This document shows positions 1 through 8,795 of a stretch of 64,000 nt of DNA, piece after piece; position 1 is the stretch's first letter, and each line of letters starts with the position of its first letter. The position numbers were made by a program, and so were the translations under genes. The notes under the pieces are model-generated. The model had not been told where the DNA came from. It worked only from the letters and a program-made list of their open reading frames with translations, and ran no database searches. Source of the stretch: a virus. Its lineage: Duplodnaviria > Caudoviricetes. The stretch covers positions 5,247-69,246 of IMG/VR virus record IMGVR_UViG_2816332575_000003; one strand, written 5' to 3'.

Positions 1-39
1 CGTGCCGCTGCCCGGCATCCCGCACCCGAAGGAGGCGTC

Positions 40-384
40 GTGACTGGTCCGGTCTGCGTCGAGACGCTGGTGGCCTGCATCATCCGGGGCCTGCACGAGG
101 ACGATGAGCGTTTCCCTGCGACGCGTGGCTGGCAGGTGGGGGCGATGCCGGACGGGCTGCCGCTGCTCGCCGCCGAGCTGGCCGCCGCCGGCCCCGAGGA
201 CGCGATGGCGTTGCTGAAGCGGCTGGGTGAGCACCGCAAGTGGCGGCTGCTGGACGTCGATGACCCGGCCCGCATCGCGATCACGTTCACGTGGCCGGAG
301 CCCGAACCCGGCGAACCGCGCCCCGAGCCGGAGGCCGTCGTGCAGCTGTGGGTGCCGGCCATGGCGGAGGTGAGGGCCGCGTGA
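40..384 (+). CDS. Phage hypothetical protein
   Basis: AAGGAGG RBS before GTG; GTGA overlap with the next gene. Confidence 0.6.
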   Translation: MTGPVCVETLVACIIRGLHEDDERFPATRGWQVGAMPDGLPLLAAELAAAGPEDAMALLKRLGEHRKWRLLDVDDPARIAITFTWPEPEPGEPRPEPEAVVQLWVPAMAEVRAA

Positions 385-797
385 GCCCGGTCCGTATCCA
401 GCGCCGCCGCACCAAAGGCTGGCGGAAGCCTGAAGGCGCGGTCTACGTCGGCCGCGGCAGCAAGTGGGGCAACCCCTGCACCCAGATCCGCATGCCCGCC
501 CTCGACGGCTCCGAGTGGGAGCGCGAGCCCCGCCTCGGCAAGACATCCGGCCAGCATCACGGCTTCCGCCACCCCGACGGGACCACCACCTCGCACCTGG
601 TGAAGAACGCCACCCGCGAGCAGGCCGTCGCCATGTTCCGCGACTGGCTCGAGCAGCGGCCCTCACTCGCTGACGCAGCGCGCGCCGAGCTGGCCGGCCG
701 GGACCTCATGTGCTGGTGCCCGTTGCCGGAGCCGGGCCAGCCCGACCACTGCCACGCCGCGGTGCTCCTGGCGCTCGCGAACGGCGGTGCCGCGTGA
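381..797 (+). CDS. DUF4326-family protein
   Basis: RIQRRRTKGWRKPEGAVYVGRGSKWGNP ... ELAGRDLMCWCP ... CHAAVL signature. Confidence 0.85.
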   Translation: MSPVRIQRRRTKGWRKPEGAVYVGRGSKWGNPCTQIRMPALDGSEWEREPRLGKTSGQHHGFRHPDGTTTSHLVKNATREQAVAMFRDWLEQRPSLADAARAELAGRDLMCWCPLPEPGQPDHCHAAVLLALANGGAA

Positions 798-970
798 CCG
801 CCCCGCAGATCGCCGTCGTCGACTTCCTGCTCCTGGCCCTGCTGATGCACCGCATCACCGACCTGGAAGACCAGCTCGCCGGGGCCCGGCTGAGCGTCGA
901 GCAGCAGCAGACCGACCACACCAACTGGCGGCTGGAATACGGGCCGCGACACCCGAGGGGGAACCAGTGA
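794..970 (+). CDS. Small phage protein with N-terminal hydrophobic segment
   Basis: GTGA overlaps on both sides. Confidence 0.5.
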   Translation: MTAPQIAVVDFLLLALLMHRITDLEDQLAGARLSVEQQQTDHTNWRLEYGPRHPRGNQ

Positions 971-1575
971 CCGAGTATCCCGACATCGCCGCGCGGTTCG
1001 CCCGCGACACGGCCCGGCATGAGATGACCGTCCTGCACGAGGAGGGGCTGTACCGGCACCTGCGGTTCGCCAGCCCGGAGCAGGGCCACATCGTCCCCTT
1101 CGAGCTGATCGCGTGGCCGTACAACCTCGTCGTCAAGGCGGGCTGGGTCTTCCACTTCGACATCAACGCCACGCCGGACATGTTCGATCTGTTCCGCCGC
1201 ACCGCCTTCAGCGGCGAAATCAACCCCGGCTACTGGTCGGAGAAGGTCCGCACCGGCCGCGACGAGGTCGAGGGCTTCGACCCGGACCTGTTCGAGCAGC
1301 AGGTCAAGCGGTACGTCGTCCACTCCATCCGCGAGGGTGAGGCCCCGCGCGGCATCGGCGCCGAGGTCACCCGCGAGATCTTCGAACTGGGCGACATCAG
1401 CCACGAGGCGGGCGCCCGGGCGGCGTTGGCGGACTTCCGCTTCGGCGGCTGGGACTTCGGTGACCTCTCGGAGTGGGACTTCAGCGACTACACGCCGGGC
1501 TTCCTGCACTGCTGCCGCGCGATCCGCCGCGGCATCGACCTGTACGACGCCGCCCGGAAGCAGGTGGCCGCGTGA
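967..1575 (+). CDS. Conserved phage hypothetical protein
   Basis: HEMTVLHEEGLYRHLRF ... INPGYWSEKV motif; translational coupling. Confidence 0.75.
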   Translation: MTEYPDIAARFARDTARHEMTVLHEEGLYRHLRFASPEQGHIVPFELIAWPYNLVVKAGWVFHFDINATPDMFDLFRRTAFSGEINPGYWSEKVRTGRDEVEGFDPDLFEQQVKRYVVHSIREGEAPRGIGAEVTREIFELGDISHEAGARAALADFRFGGWDFGDLSEWDFSDYTPGFLHCCRAIRRGIDLYDAARKQVAA

Positions 1576-1817
1576 TGCGCCGTACCGCAACGATCGCCGC
1601 CGCGCTCCTGCTGCTCGCCTCCGGGCTGACCGCGTGCACCGACCGGGACGACGACTGCGATGACCGGTCCATGGCCCCGGTGGCGGTGTCCGTACCGCTG
1701 AAGCCCGGCCCCGGCACCCGCAGCGGCAGCCGCGGCAAGGCCGCCAAGTCCAAGGCGAAGCCGAAGAAGCACACATCCCGCCACGTCCACACCCACGACT
1801 ACTGCGACGAGGACTGA
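1575..1817 (+). CDS. Small putative lipoprotein
   Basis: MRRTATIAAALLLLASGLTA-C lipobox-like signal; basic/His-rich tail. Confidence 0.55.
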   Translation: MRRTATIAAALLLLASGLTACTDRDDDCDDRSMAPVAVSVPLKPGPGTRSGSRGKAAKSKAKPKKHTSRHVHTHDYCDED

Positions 1818-1820
1818 GCC

Positions 1821-2384
1821 ATGACGACCATTTCCGAAGCCCTGGCCGCCCTCTCCGGTGGCGACCTGCCCGCTGACGCGGTGCGTGAGGGCCGCTGTCT
1901 GAAGCCGCCGATCGGCTGCGGCAAGCCGCTGATCTCGGAGAATGGCGAGGCGCGCGTCTTCTGGAACGAGGACGAGGCCCGCCAGTACGAAACCGAGTGG
2001 CGCATCACCGGGCTGTGCCCCGACTGCCAGGACTCCGTCGAGGACGACGCGGCGGAACTGGCGGACATGTGGCCGGCGATCCGGGGCTTCGTGGCGTGGC
2101 TGGACGAGTCGAACGGCCGCGACGAGCACGAGAAGACCCTCCGCATCCTGAAGGTCACCGAGGAGACGGGGGAGGTCGCCAAGGCGGTCATCGGCATGAC
2201 CGGCCAGAACCCCCGTAAGGGCGTCACCCACAGCCTTGAGGACATCGCCGACGAACTGTGCGACGTGATGATCACGGCGGCGACGGCACTCGCCTCCGTC
2301 GTCGACAACCCCGAGCAGGTGTTCGCCGCCAACCTCGGCCGCGTCCAGCAGCGGGTGAACGAGCTGGAGGCGCGCAATGCCTGA
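1821..2384 (+). CDS. MazG-like nucleotide pyrophosphohydrolase with N-terminal Cys-rich region
   Basis: KVTEETGEVAKA ... GQNPRKG ... ELCDV MazG motif. Confidence 0.8.
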   Translation: MTTISEALAALSGGDLPADAVREGRCLKPPIGCGKPLISENGEARVFWNEDEARQYETEWRITGLCPDCQDSVEDDAAELADMWPAIRGFVAWLDESNGRDEHEKTLRILKVTEETGEVAKAVIGMTGQNPRKGVTHSLEDIADELCDVMITAATALASVVDNPEQVFAANLGRVQQRVNELEARNA

Positions 2385-3054
2385 GATCAAGCCCGACCGG
2401 TCCGACAAGAGCCGTTGCATCTCTGTCCACTGGAACCTTCCGGTGCAGTGCGTACTGCCTGCCTCGCACCGCGAGAACTGGCACGAAGCCTGGCACCCGC
2501 AGACCGGTAACCGGATGCGCTACCGCCGCAGCATGGGCGTCTACGCCACCGAGGAACTGCACCACGGCGCGTGGCACGACCTAGAGATTCCCCCTCCGGG
2601 CGGCCACTGCAACGACCAGCACAGCCACCAGCCCCACGTGCGCTGCACCCAGCAGTACGGCCACCGGTTCAGCTGGAGTCACACAGCAACCGTCGACGGC
2701 TGCCGCTACACCTGGAACACGCCGCCGCTGAAGGGCCTGACGCCTGATCAGCTTGACTCGGACGTGAAGCAGCTCCGAGGCATGGCCTACGAGCTGGCTG
2801 CCCAGTCAGAGCAGGCCCGGCGCATCGCCGTCGAGCTGGAGAACGAGAACGCGCGGCTGGCGGCCCGTGTTCGCGAGCTGGAGCGCCCGGCTGTTGAGGC
2901 GGAGCGCGCAGAGATCCGCCAGAGCTACACGGAGCTGATTGCCCAGTGCGAACAGGACCGTGACCACGAAGGCGCCTTCGACGTCCAGTGCCGCCTGCGC
3001 GAACGCGAGGAGCAGTGGAAGCGCGAGGACGAAAGCGGTGGTCCGGATGCCTGA
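2377..3054 (+). CDS. Phage hypothetical protein (Cys/His-rich, coiled coil)
   Basis: Overlap-coupled ORF in the early operon. Confidence 0.6.
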   Translation: MPEIKPDRSDKSRCISVHWNLPVQCVLPASHRENWHEAWHPQTGNRMRYRRSMGVYATEELHHGAWHDLEIPPPGGHCNDQHSHQPHVRCTQQYGHRFSWSHTATVDGCRYTWNTPPLKGLTPDQLDSDVKQLRGMAYELAAQSEQARRIAVELENENARLAARVRELERPAVEAERAEIRQSYTELIAQCEQDRDHEGAFDVQCRLREREEQWKREDESGGPDA

Positions 3055-3328
3055 CCTGATGGTGAACCTCGACGGGCGGACCGTACCGCTCGCGGACTGC
3101 CACTGGGTCCTCTTCGACGCCGACGGTTGCGCCGAGGGCTCCCTGTTCGGCCGGTGCGCCGTCGACGAGGAGCAGGCACACCAGGAACTCCGGCCCCTGA
3201 AGCGCGACCGGGACCGCGAGGCCCGGCGCGGCTACCAGGTGCGGCTGCTGACCCGCGAGCAGTGGCGCCGCGACGCCAAGCCGTGCCTCCTCGGCCGCTG
3301 CGAGCACCGGAAGGGCGGTGCGGCATGA
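3047..3328 (+). CDS. Phage hypothetical protein
   Basis: Overlap-coupled ORF. Confidence 0.55.
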   Translation: MPDLMVNLDGRTVPLADCHWVLFDADGCAEGSLFGRCAVDEEQAHQELRPLKRDRDREARRGYQVRLLTREQWRRDAKPCLLGRCEHRKGGAA

Positions 3329-3543
3329 GGAACCCGATCGCCGCCGCCCGGTCCCGGGCCCGGCACCGCGGCAAGACCCCGGCCCGGCTGCGGGCCGCCA
3401 ACGCCCGGCTGGAGGCCGACTTCGACGCCGCGGCCATCGACTACTCCGGCGCCCTCGAAGACCTGCGCATGGCGCGCGAGGAGAACGCGCGGCTGCGGGC
3501 GGCGCCCGCGGCCTGGTCCGAGAAGGAAGGGGCGGCATCATGA
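3325..3543 (+). CDS. Phage hypothetical protein
   Basis: ATGA overlaps on both sides. Confidence 0.55.
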   Translation: MRNPIAAARSRARHRGKTPARLRAANARLEADFDAAAIDYSGALEDLRMAREENARLRAAPAAWSEKEGAAS

Positions 3544-3938
3544 CCCGCCCGCCGCTCGTCGGAGCCGCCCTGTGGAACACGGTGATGCGGAACGCCGAGG
3601 ACCGCTGTGAGTGCCGCGGGGTGTGCGGCAGCAAGCATGACCCCGAGCGGCGCGGCCGGCAGATGCGCTGTCCGCACGAGAACGGGATGCTCGTCAGCAA
3701 GATCGGCGAGATCAAGCTGATCGCCGTACCGCGCGACCCGTCGGTGGACTTCACCACCGCCGCGTCCCTGCCGGCCTCCCGGCTGATCGCCCTGTGCCCG
3801 GCGTGTGACGGGGCCGTGCGCCGGATCTTCAAGCGGGCGGAGAAGCGGATGCCGCCGCAGGAGAACGGGCTGTTCGACAGCGCACCGTACTACGTCGACC
3901 CGGCCAGCAAGCGACAGGCCGACGTCGGCGCCGCCTGA
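3540..3938 (+). CDS. Zn-binding, degenerate HNH-like protein
   Basis: RAEDRCECRGVCG ... LIALCPACD. Confidence 0.55.
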   Translation: MTRPPLVGAALWNTVMRNAEDRCECRGVCGSKHDPERRGRQMRCPHENGMLVSKIGEIKLIAVPRDPSVDFTTAASLPASRLIALCPACDGAVRRIFKRAEKRMPPQENGLFDSAPYYVDPASKRQADVGAA

Positions 3939-4041
3939 CAGCCGGGCCGCCGGATGACCCCGGCCGGCGGCCCGGCGATCCACCGCCCGAGTCGCCCGCA
4001 TCCTCCCCGCAGACGGGGCTGATACCCATTGGAGCTACACC

Positions 4042-4797
4042 GTGAAGGTCCCTGCGAATGTCCTTGAGGTCCTCGACCGAGCCGAAACCGACGGCTCCCG
4101 GCTCATCCTCACGGGCGCCCTGTCCCGCAAGCTGTACCTCGACACGGCCAAGACGATCGAAGCCGCGGGCGGCAAATGGAACCGCCGTGAGCGCGCCCAC
4201 CTCTTCGGCGGCGATGCCGCCGACGCGATAGAGCCGATCATCCTCACCGGTGAGGTCACCAGCACACGGCAGCAGTTCGGCTACTTCCCCACACCGGCCC
4301 CGATCGCACAGCAGCTCATCGACATCGCCGGGATCGAGCCGGGAATGCGGGTCCTGGAGCCGTCCGCCGGCCGCGGCGCCATCGCGTTCGCTGCCGCCCA
4401 AGCCGGGGCCGTCGTCGACTGCGTGGAAATCCAGGCCGACCACGCGGAAGCGATCGCGGACGCTCACCACCGCGACATCACCGTCCTGGTGGCGGACTTC
4501 CTGACCACCAGCCCGCGGCCCGTCTACGACCGCGTCGTGATGAACCCGCCCTTCGCGCGGCAGGCCGACATCGCTCACGTGGAGCACGCATTCCAGGCGC
4601 TCAAGCCCGGCGGCCGGCTCGCCGCCGTGATGTCCGCCGGCATTACGTTCCGCCAGACGTCGGCCGCAGTCGCCTTCCGATCCCGCATCGAAGCACTGGA
4701 CGGCGAGCTGCGCCCGCTGCCCGAGGGCGCGTTCAAGGAAGCCGGAACCGGCGTGAACACAGTGATCGCCGTGCTCTGCAAGCCCGACGCCGCCTGA
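4042..4797 (+). CDS. Amino (N6A/N4C) DNA methyltransferase, copy 1
   Basis: YFPTP, VLEPSAGRG (motif I), VMNPPF (motif IV). Confidence 0.85.
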   Translation: MKVPANVLEVLDRAETDGSRLILTGALSRKLYLDTAKTIEAAGGKWNRRERAHLFGGDAADAIEPIILTGEVTSTRQQFGYFPTPAPIAQQLIDIAGIEPGMRVLEPSAGRGAIAFAAAQAGAVVDCVEIQADHAEAIADAHHRDITVLVADFLTTSPRPVYDRVVMNPPFARQADIAHVEHAFQALKPGGRLAAVMSAGITFRQTSAAVAFRSRIEALDGELRPLPEGAFKEAGTGVNTVIAVLCKPDAA

Positions 4798-4871
4798 CAC
4801 CCACCGCCCCGCCCGGGCCGCCCGCCCTTCCCCGCGGGCGGCCGGGCGGACCACACCCGAAAGCAGGTCAC

Positions 4872-5087
4872 ATGCGAAACATGAGCCGCGGCGACCTCGT
4901 CGCCCTCCTCGACGACATCCGCGCCCGCGTCGCCACCGGCGACAGCTTCGAAGGCAACCTCCAGTACCTGATGCCGCAGGCCGACGATGCTGAGCACCCC
5001 TTCGACGTGGCCGCCACGTACCGCGTCGGCAACAGCATGGGCCAAGGCGGCGCCGTCATCATCGGCGCGAACGGCGGTGTGCGATGA
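4872..5087 (+). CDS. Phage hypothetical protein
   Basis: RBS present; coupled to the next gene. Confidence 0.55.
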   Translation: MRNMSRGDLVALLDDIRARVATGDSFEGNLQYLMPQADDAEHPFDVAATYRVGNSMGQGGAVIIGANGGVR

Positions 5088-5437
5088 CCACGTCGCCCGA
5101 GGCCGCCGCCGTCGTGGACCCGGTCGCCGCCGACACCGCCCAGCAGCAGGGCATGGACGACGCCGCAGCCCACACCGATACCGCGTGGGCCGCCGAATGC
5201 CAGAAGGGCATCGCCGTGGCCGCCACCCTCATGCTGCCGTTCCAGGCCGCCGACCTCGTCGCCGCCGGACTGGTCAGCGAACCCCGCCACCCCAACCACT
5301 GGGGCCCGCAATTCGCCGCCGCCCACCGGGGTGGCGTCATCGAACCCCATGGCGTGGCCCGATCCAAGCGCGCCACCGTCCGCAACTCCCTGTGCCGCAC
5401 GTGGATCGGCTCCATCGAAGGAGGCGACACCGCGTGA
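5084..5437 (+). CDS. Phage hypothetical protein
   Basis: PRHPNHWGPQF motif; coupled. Confidence 0.6.
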   Translation: MTTSPEAAAVVDPVAADTAQQQGMDDAAAHTDTAWAAECQKGIAVAATLMLPFQAADLVAAGLVSEPRHPNHWGPQFAAAHRGGVIEPHGVARSKRATVRNSLCRTWIGSIEGGDTA

Positions 5438-5664
5438 ACACCCTGCACGAGATCGCCGTCGCCACCGCGCACGCCGTCCTCCTGGCCGCCGCCGGAGGCA
5501 GCCTCATCGGCGCCGCATGGCTCGCCGTCACCACCCTGCGGCGCCGACGGCGGCGCCGCGCCTTCCAGCGCACCGCCCGCGCCGCCGCAGCTACCACCAC
5601 CCAGTCCGCCGACGAGGACATCGACGCCGAGTACCGGCGCCTGTGCGAAGGGAGCAGCCAGTGA
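5434..5664 (+). CDS. Small membrane protein
   Basis: Hydrophobic helix followed by an Arg run; coupled. Confidence 0.5.
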   Translation: MNTLHEIAVATAHAVLLAAAGGSLIGAAWLAVTTLRRRRRRRAFQRTARAAAATTTQSADEDIDAEYRRLCEGSSQ

Positions 5665-6047
5665 GCGCCTCCAAGAAGAAGGGCACCAGCGCCGAGAGCG
5701 CCGTCGTCGCCTACCTGCGCAGCCGCGGCTTCGTCCAGGCCGAACGCCGCGCCCTCAGCGGCAGCCAGGACCGCGGCGACATCGCCGGCATCCCCGGCAC
5801 CGTCCTGGAGGTCAAGAACTGCGCCCGCACCGAACTCGCCTCCTGGGTCGACGAGGCCGAGATCGAAGGCGAGAACGACCGGGCCGAAGTCGCCGCCGTG
5901 TGGCACAAGCGCCGAGGCCGAGGCAACCCGGGGGCCTGGTTCGTGACCATGACCGGCGAGCAGTTCACCGACCTGCTGCGCGCCGCCATGGGCATGCCCG
6001 ACACCGACACCGTACTGCGCGAGGCCGAAGGCGGTGAGGCGGCGTGA
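5661..6047 (+). CDS. Holliday junction resolvase (PD-(D/E)XK type)
   Basis: KKKGTSAESAVVAYL ... DRGDI ... LEVKN. Confidence 0.8.
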   Translation: MSASKKKGTSAESAVVAYLRSRGFVQAERRALSGSQDRGDIAGIPGTVLEVKNCARTELASWVDEAEIEGENDRAEVAAVWHKRRGRGNPGAWFVTMTGEQFTDLLRAAMGMPDTDTVLREAEGGEAA

Positions 6048-6727
6048 ACGCCTTCCCCCTTCCCGCCCGTGAGCCGAACGGGCTGACGCTGCTTGACCCG
6101 TTCTGCTGCCAGGGCGGCAGCGCCATGGGCTGGTACCTCGCCGGGTTCGACGTCACCGGCGTCGACACCGCCCCGCAGCCGCGCTACCCGTTCACCTTCA
6201 TCCAGGGCGATGCAATCGAGTACATCCGGGCGCACGGCCACGAGTACGACCTGACCGCCGGGTCACCGCCGTGCCAGGCGCACAGCCTGTGTCAGCGCAT
6301 CCAGGGCCGCACACATCCCAGGCTGATCGGTCCGGCCCGCGAGGCGATGCAGTCCACGGGGCGGCCGTGGATCATCGAAAACGTACCCGAGGCGGCCCCC
6401 GAACTCCGTGACCCCATCACCCTGTGCGGGGCTTCGTTCGGCCTGCATACCTACCGCCACCGCCTCTTCGAAGCCTCCTTCCCGCTCACTGCGCCGGAGC
6501 ATCCGCAGCACACCCGCCGCACGGTCAAGATGGGCCGCCCGCTGAAGCCCGGCGACTGGTATCACGCGGTCGGCAACTTCTCCAACGTCCCCTATGTGAA
6601 GGCGGACATGAGCGTCCCGTGGATGACCCGCGACGGCATCCGGGAGTGCATCCCGCCCGCCTACACCCGCTACCTCGGCGCGCAGGCAGCCGTCTTCCTC
6701 CTGCAGCCCACGGAGGCCACCGCGTGA
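6044..6727 (+). CDS. C5 DNA cytosine methyltransferase (short phage type)
   Basis: DPFCCQGG, GSPPCQ, IIENV, RHRLFE motifs. Confidence 0.85.
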   Translation: MNAFPLPAREPNGLTLLDPFCCQGGSAMGWYLAGFDVTGVDTAPQPRYPFTFIQGDAIEYIRAHGHEYDLTAGSPPCQAHSLCQRIQGRTHPRLIGPAREAMQSTGRPWIIENVPEAAPELRDPITLCGASFGLHTYRHRLFEASFPLTAPEHPQHTRRTVKMGRPLKPGDWYHAVGNFSNVPYVKADMSVPWMTRDGIRECIPPAYTRYLGAQAAVFLLQPTEATA

Positions 6728-7536
6728 TCGCCACCGGTAACGACGCCACCGGCCAGGCGCTCGCCGCCCGCGTCGCCGACCTCATCACCGACGCCGCCAA
6801 CAACAGCCCCCGCTCCCGGCAGACCCGCATCGGTCCCTCCGAGGTCGGCGAGCCGTGCGAACGCAAGCTCACCTACAAGCTCTTCGAGTGGCCGGTCTGC
6901 AACACCGACCACGACCCCATCGCCAGCGTGATCGGAACTGGTTTCCACGGCTGGATGGAAGAGGTCTTCACCGGCCGCAACGCCGTACTGCCGGATGGGC
7001 GCCCGCGCTACCGGATCGAAGAGCGGGTAACCGTCCGCGAAGCCGGCAGCACCGTCCTCGGATTCGATGTCACGGGGTCCGCCGACCTGTACGACCGGCT
7101 GACCCGGACCAACCTCGACTGGAAGCTCGTGGGCGTCTCCAGCTTCGACGCGTACCGGCGTAAAGGTCCCGGGGTGCAATACCGCGTACAAGCGCACCTC
7201 TACGGCCTCGGCCAGGAGAACGCCGGAGAATCGCCGGAGCGAGTAGCCATCGTCTTCGTGGCCCGCCACCACGAACTGCGCGTCCACGTCTGGACCGAGG
7301 AGTACCAGCGTCAGGTGGCGCTCGACGCCCTGGAGCGGCTCGACCGCATCAAGACGCGCCTGCTGGCGCTGGACCCCGAAGCCAATCCGGAGCGCTGGTC
7401 GGAAATCCCCATACCGGAAGACGCCAAATGCAAGTGGTGCCCGTGGTTCCGGCCCGGTTCCAGTGACCTGAGTTCCGGATGCCCCGGCGTCATGAAGCAA
7501 GTCAGGCGGCACGGCTTCGAGGAGCTGGTCGCGTGA
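6724..7536 (+). CDS. Cas4/RecB-like PD-(D/E)XK exonuclease
   Basis: GPSEVGEPCERK, GSADL, DWK, QAHLYG, CKWCPW...C Fe-S cysteines. Confidence 0.85.
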   Translation: MIATGNDATGQALAARVADLITDAANNSPRSRQTRIGPSEVGEPCERKLTYKLFEWPVCNTDHDPIASVIGTGFHGWMEEVFTGRNAVLPDGRPRYRIEERVTVREAGSTVLGFDVTGSADLYDRLTRTNLDWKLVGVSSFDAYRRKGPGVQYRVQAHLYGLGQENAGESPERVAIVFVARHHELRVHVWTEEYQRQVALDALERLDRIKTRLLALDPEANPERWSEIPIPEDAKCKWCPWFRPGSSDLSSGCPGVMKQVRRHGFEELVA

Positions 7537-8015
7537 AAACCACCGAGGAGCGCTTCTGGGAAAAGGTCGACGGAGCAAACGTGGCCGGTTGCTGGATCTG
7601 GCGGGGCGCCGGCAACGGCTACGGCAGGTTCTACGCCTCGGGCCGCAACGTACTAGCGCACCGATGGGCATACGAATATCTCCGAGCTTCGATCCCGGAA
7701 TCGCTTGTCCTTGACCATCTCTGCCGCAATGCCCAGTGCGTGAATCCGTGGCACCTAGAACCGGTCAGTCAGGCGGAGAACCTCCGTCGTGGGAACGGGT
7801 TCAGCGGACGTAACGCGCGCAAAACGCACTGCCCCCAGGGGCATCCGCTGACAGGCATGAACAGCTATCTCGCCCCTTCGGGTGGGCGAGCTTGCCGCAC
7901 CTGCCGCCGTTCGGCGTACCGAGCCCACCGCGCCGAAAATCGCGAACTCATCAACACCCGGAAACGAGCGGCTTACGCCGCCCAAAAGCTCGCCGATTCA
8001 CAGAAGTCGGCGTGA
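7533..8015 (+). CDS. HNH homing-type endonuclease
   Basis: ERFWEKVD, CWIW, AHRWAYE, DHLCRN..CVNPWHL, KTHCPQGH. Confidence 0.88.
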   Translation: MKTTEERFWEKVDGANVAGCWIWRGAGNGYGRFYASGRNVLAHRWAYEYLRASIPESLVLDHLCRNAQCVNPWHLEPVSQAENLRRGNGFSGRNARKTHCPQGHPLTGMNSYLAPSGGRACRTCRRSAYRAHRAENRELINTRKRAAYAAQKLADSQKSA

Positions 8016-8049
8016 TCAATCCCACCTCTCCCAAGGAGCAAAGGAACTC

Positions 8050-8679
8050 ATGAGCACTCCCCTGGACGCGAACTCCTTCCTGATGGCGGGCGGCGCCAAG
8101 TCCGCCCGGTTCGAGCAGCCCGGCGCCTTCGTCGTCGGCCGCATCAGCGAGCAGCCCGTCGTGCAGCAGCAGAAGGACTTCTCCACCGGCGAGCCGCTGT
8201 TCTGGAACGACGGCCAGCCGCGCATGCAGCTGTCGGTGACGCTGGCCACCGACCAGCGCGACCCGGCCGACACGGACGACGACGGCTCGCGCCGCATCTA
8301 CGTCAAGGGCCAGATGAAGCAGGCGATCCAGCAGGCCGTGCGGGCCTCCGGCGCCCGCGGCCTGGAGGTCGGCGGCGTCCTGAAAGTCACCTACGTGCGC
8401 AACGGCACCGCGAGCAACCCGCGGTTCAACCCGCCCAAGGAGTACGCCGCCGAGTACACCCCGGCCGCGCAGGCCGAGCTGAACACCCCCGAGCCCGCGG
8501 CGCCCACCGGGGTCGACACCACCACCGGCGAGATCACCGCCCCGGCCGCGTCCGCGGCACCGGGCCAGCCGGACCTGAACGACCCGGCCGTGAAGGCGCT
8601 GCTCGCACAACTGCAGGGCCAGCAGCGTCAGGCCGCGTCTGCGGCGAACGGCGGCAGCACCGAGCCCCCGCCGTTCTGA
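8050..8679 (+). CDS. Putative ssDNA-binding/recombination protein
   Basis: Lies between exonuclease and primase; beta-rich core; Pro-rich tail ending PPF. Confidence 0.6.
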   Translation: MSTPLDANSFLMAGGAKSARFEQPGAFVVGRISEQPVVQQQKDFSTGEPLFWNDGQPRMQLSVTLATDQRDPADTDDDGSRRIYVKGQMKQAIQQAVRASGARGLEVGGVLKVTYVRNGTASNPRFNPPKEYAAEYTPAAQAELNTPEPAAPTGVDTTTGEITAPAASAAPGQPDLNDPAVKALLAQLQGQQRQAASAANGGSTEPPPF

Positions 8680-8795
8680 GCCGCGCCACCGCACCACCCC
8701 GCCCGCCCGGTAACCAGGCCGGCGCCCCGGGTCCGACGCCCGGGGCGGGCACCGAGGCCGCCGCCTTCGCGTACCACCGGACAAGGAGCACCGCC

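Noticed and set aside
6724-7536. CRISPR-associated cas4
   Set aside because: Solo Cas4-like exonuclease in a phage recombination/replication context; no cas1/cas2 or array
8701-8754. Canonical tRNA gene
   Set aside because: No anticodon arm, too short, and the T-loop is TCCGACG; kept only as a tRNA-like candidate
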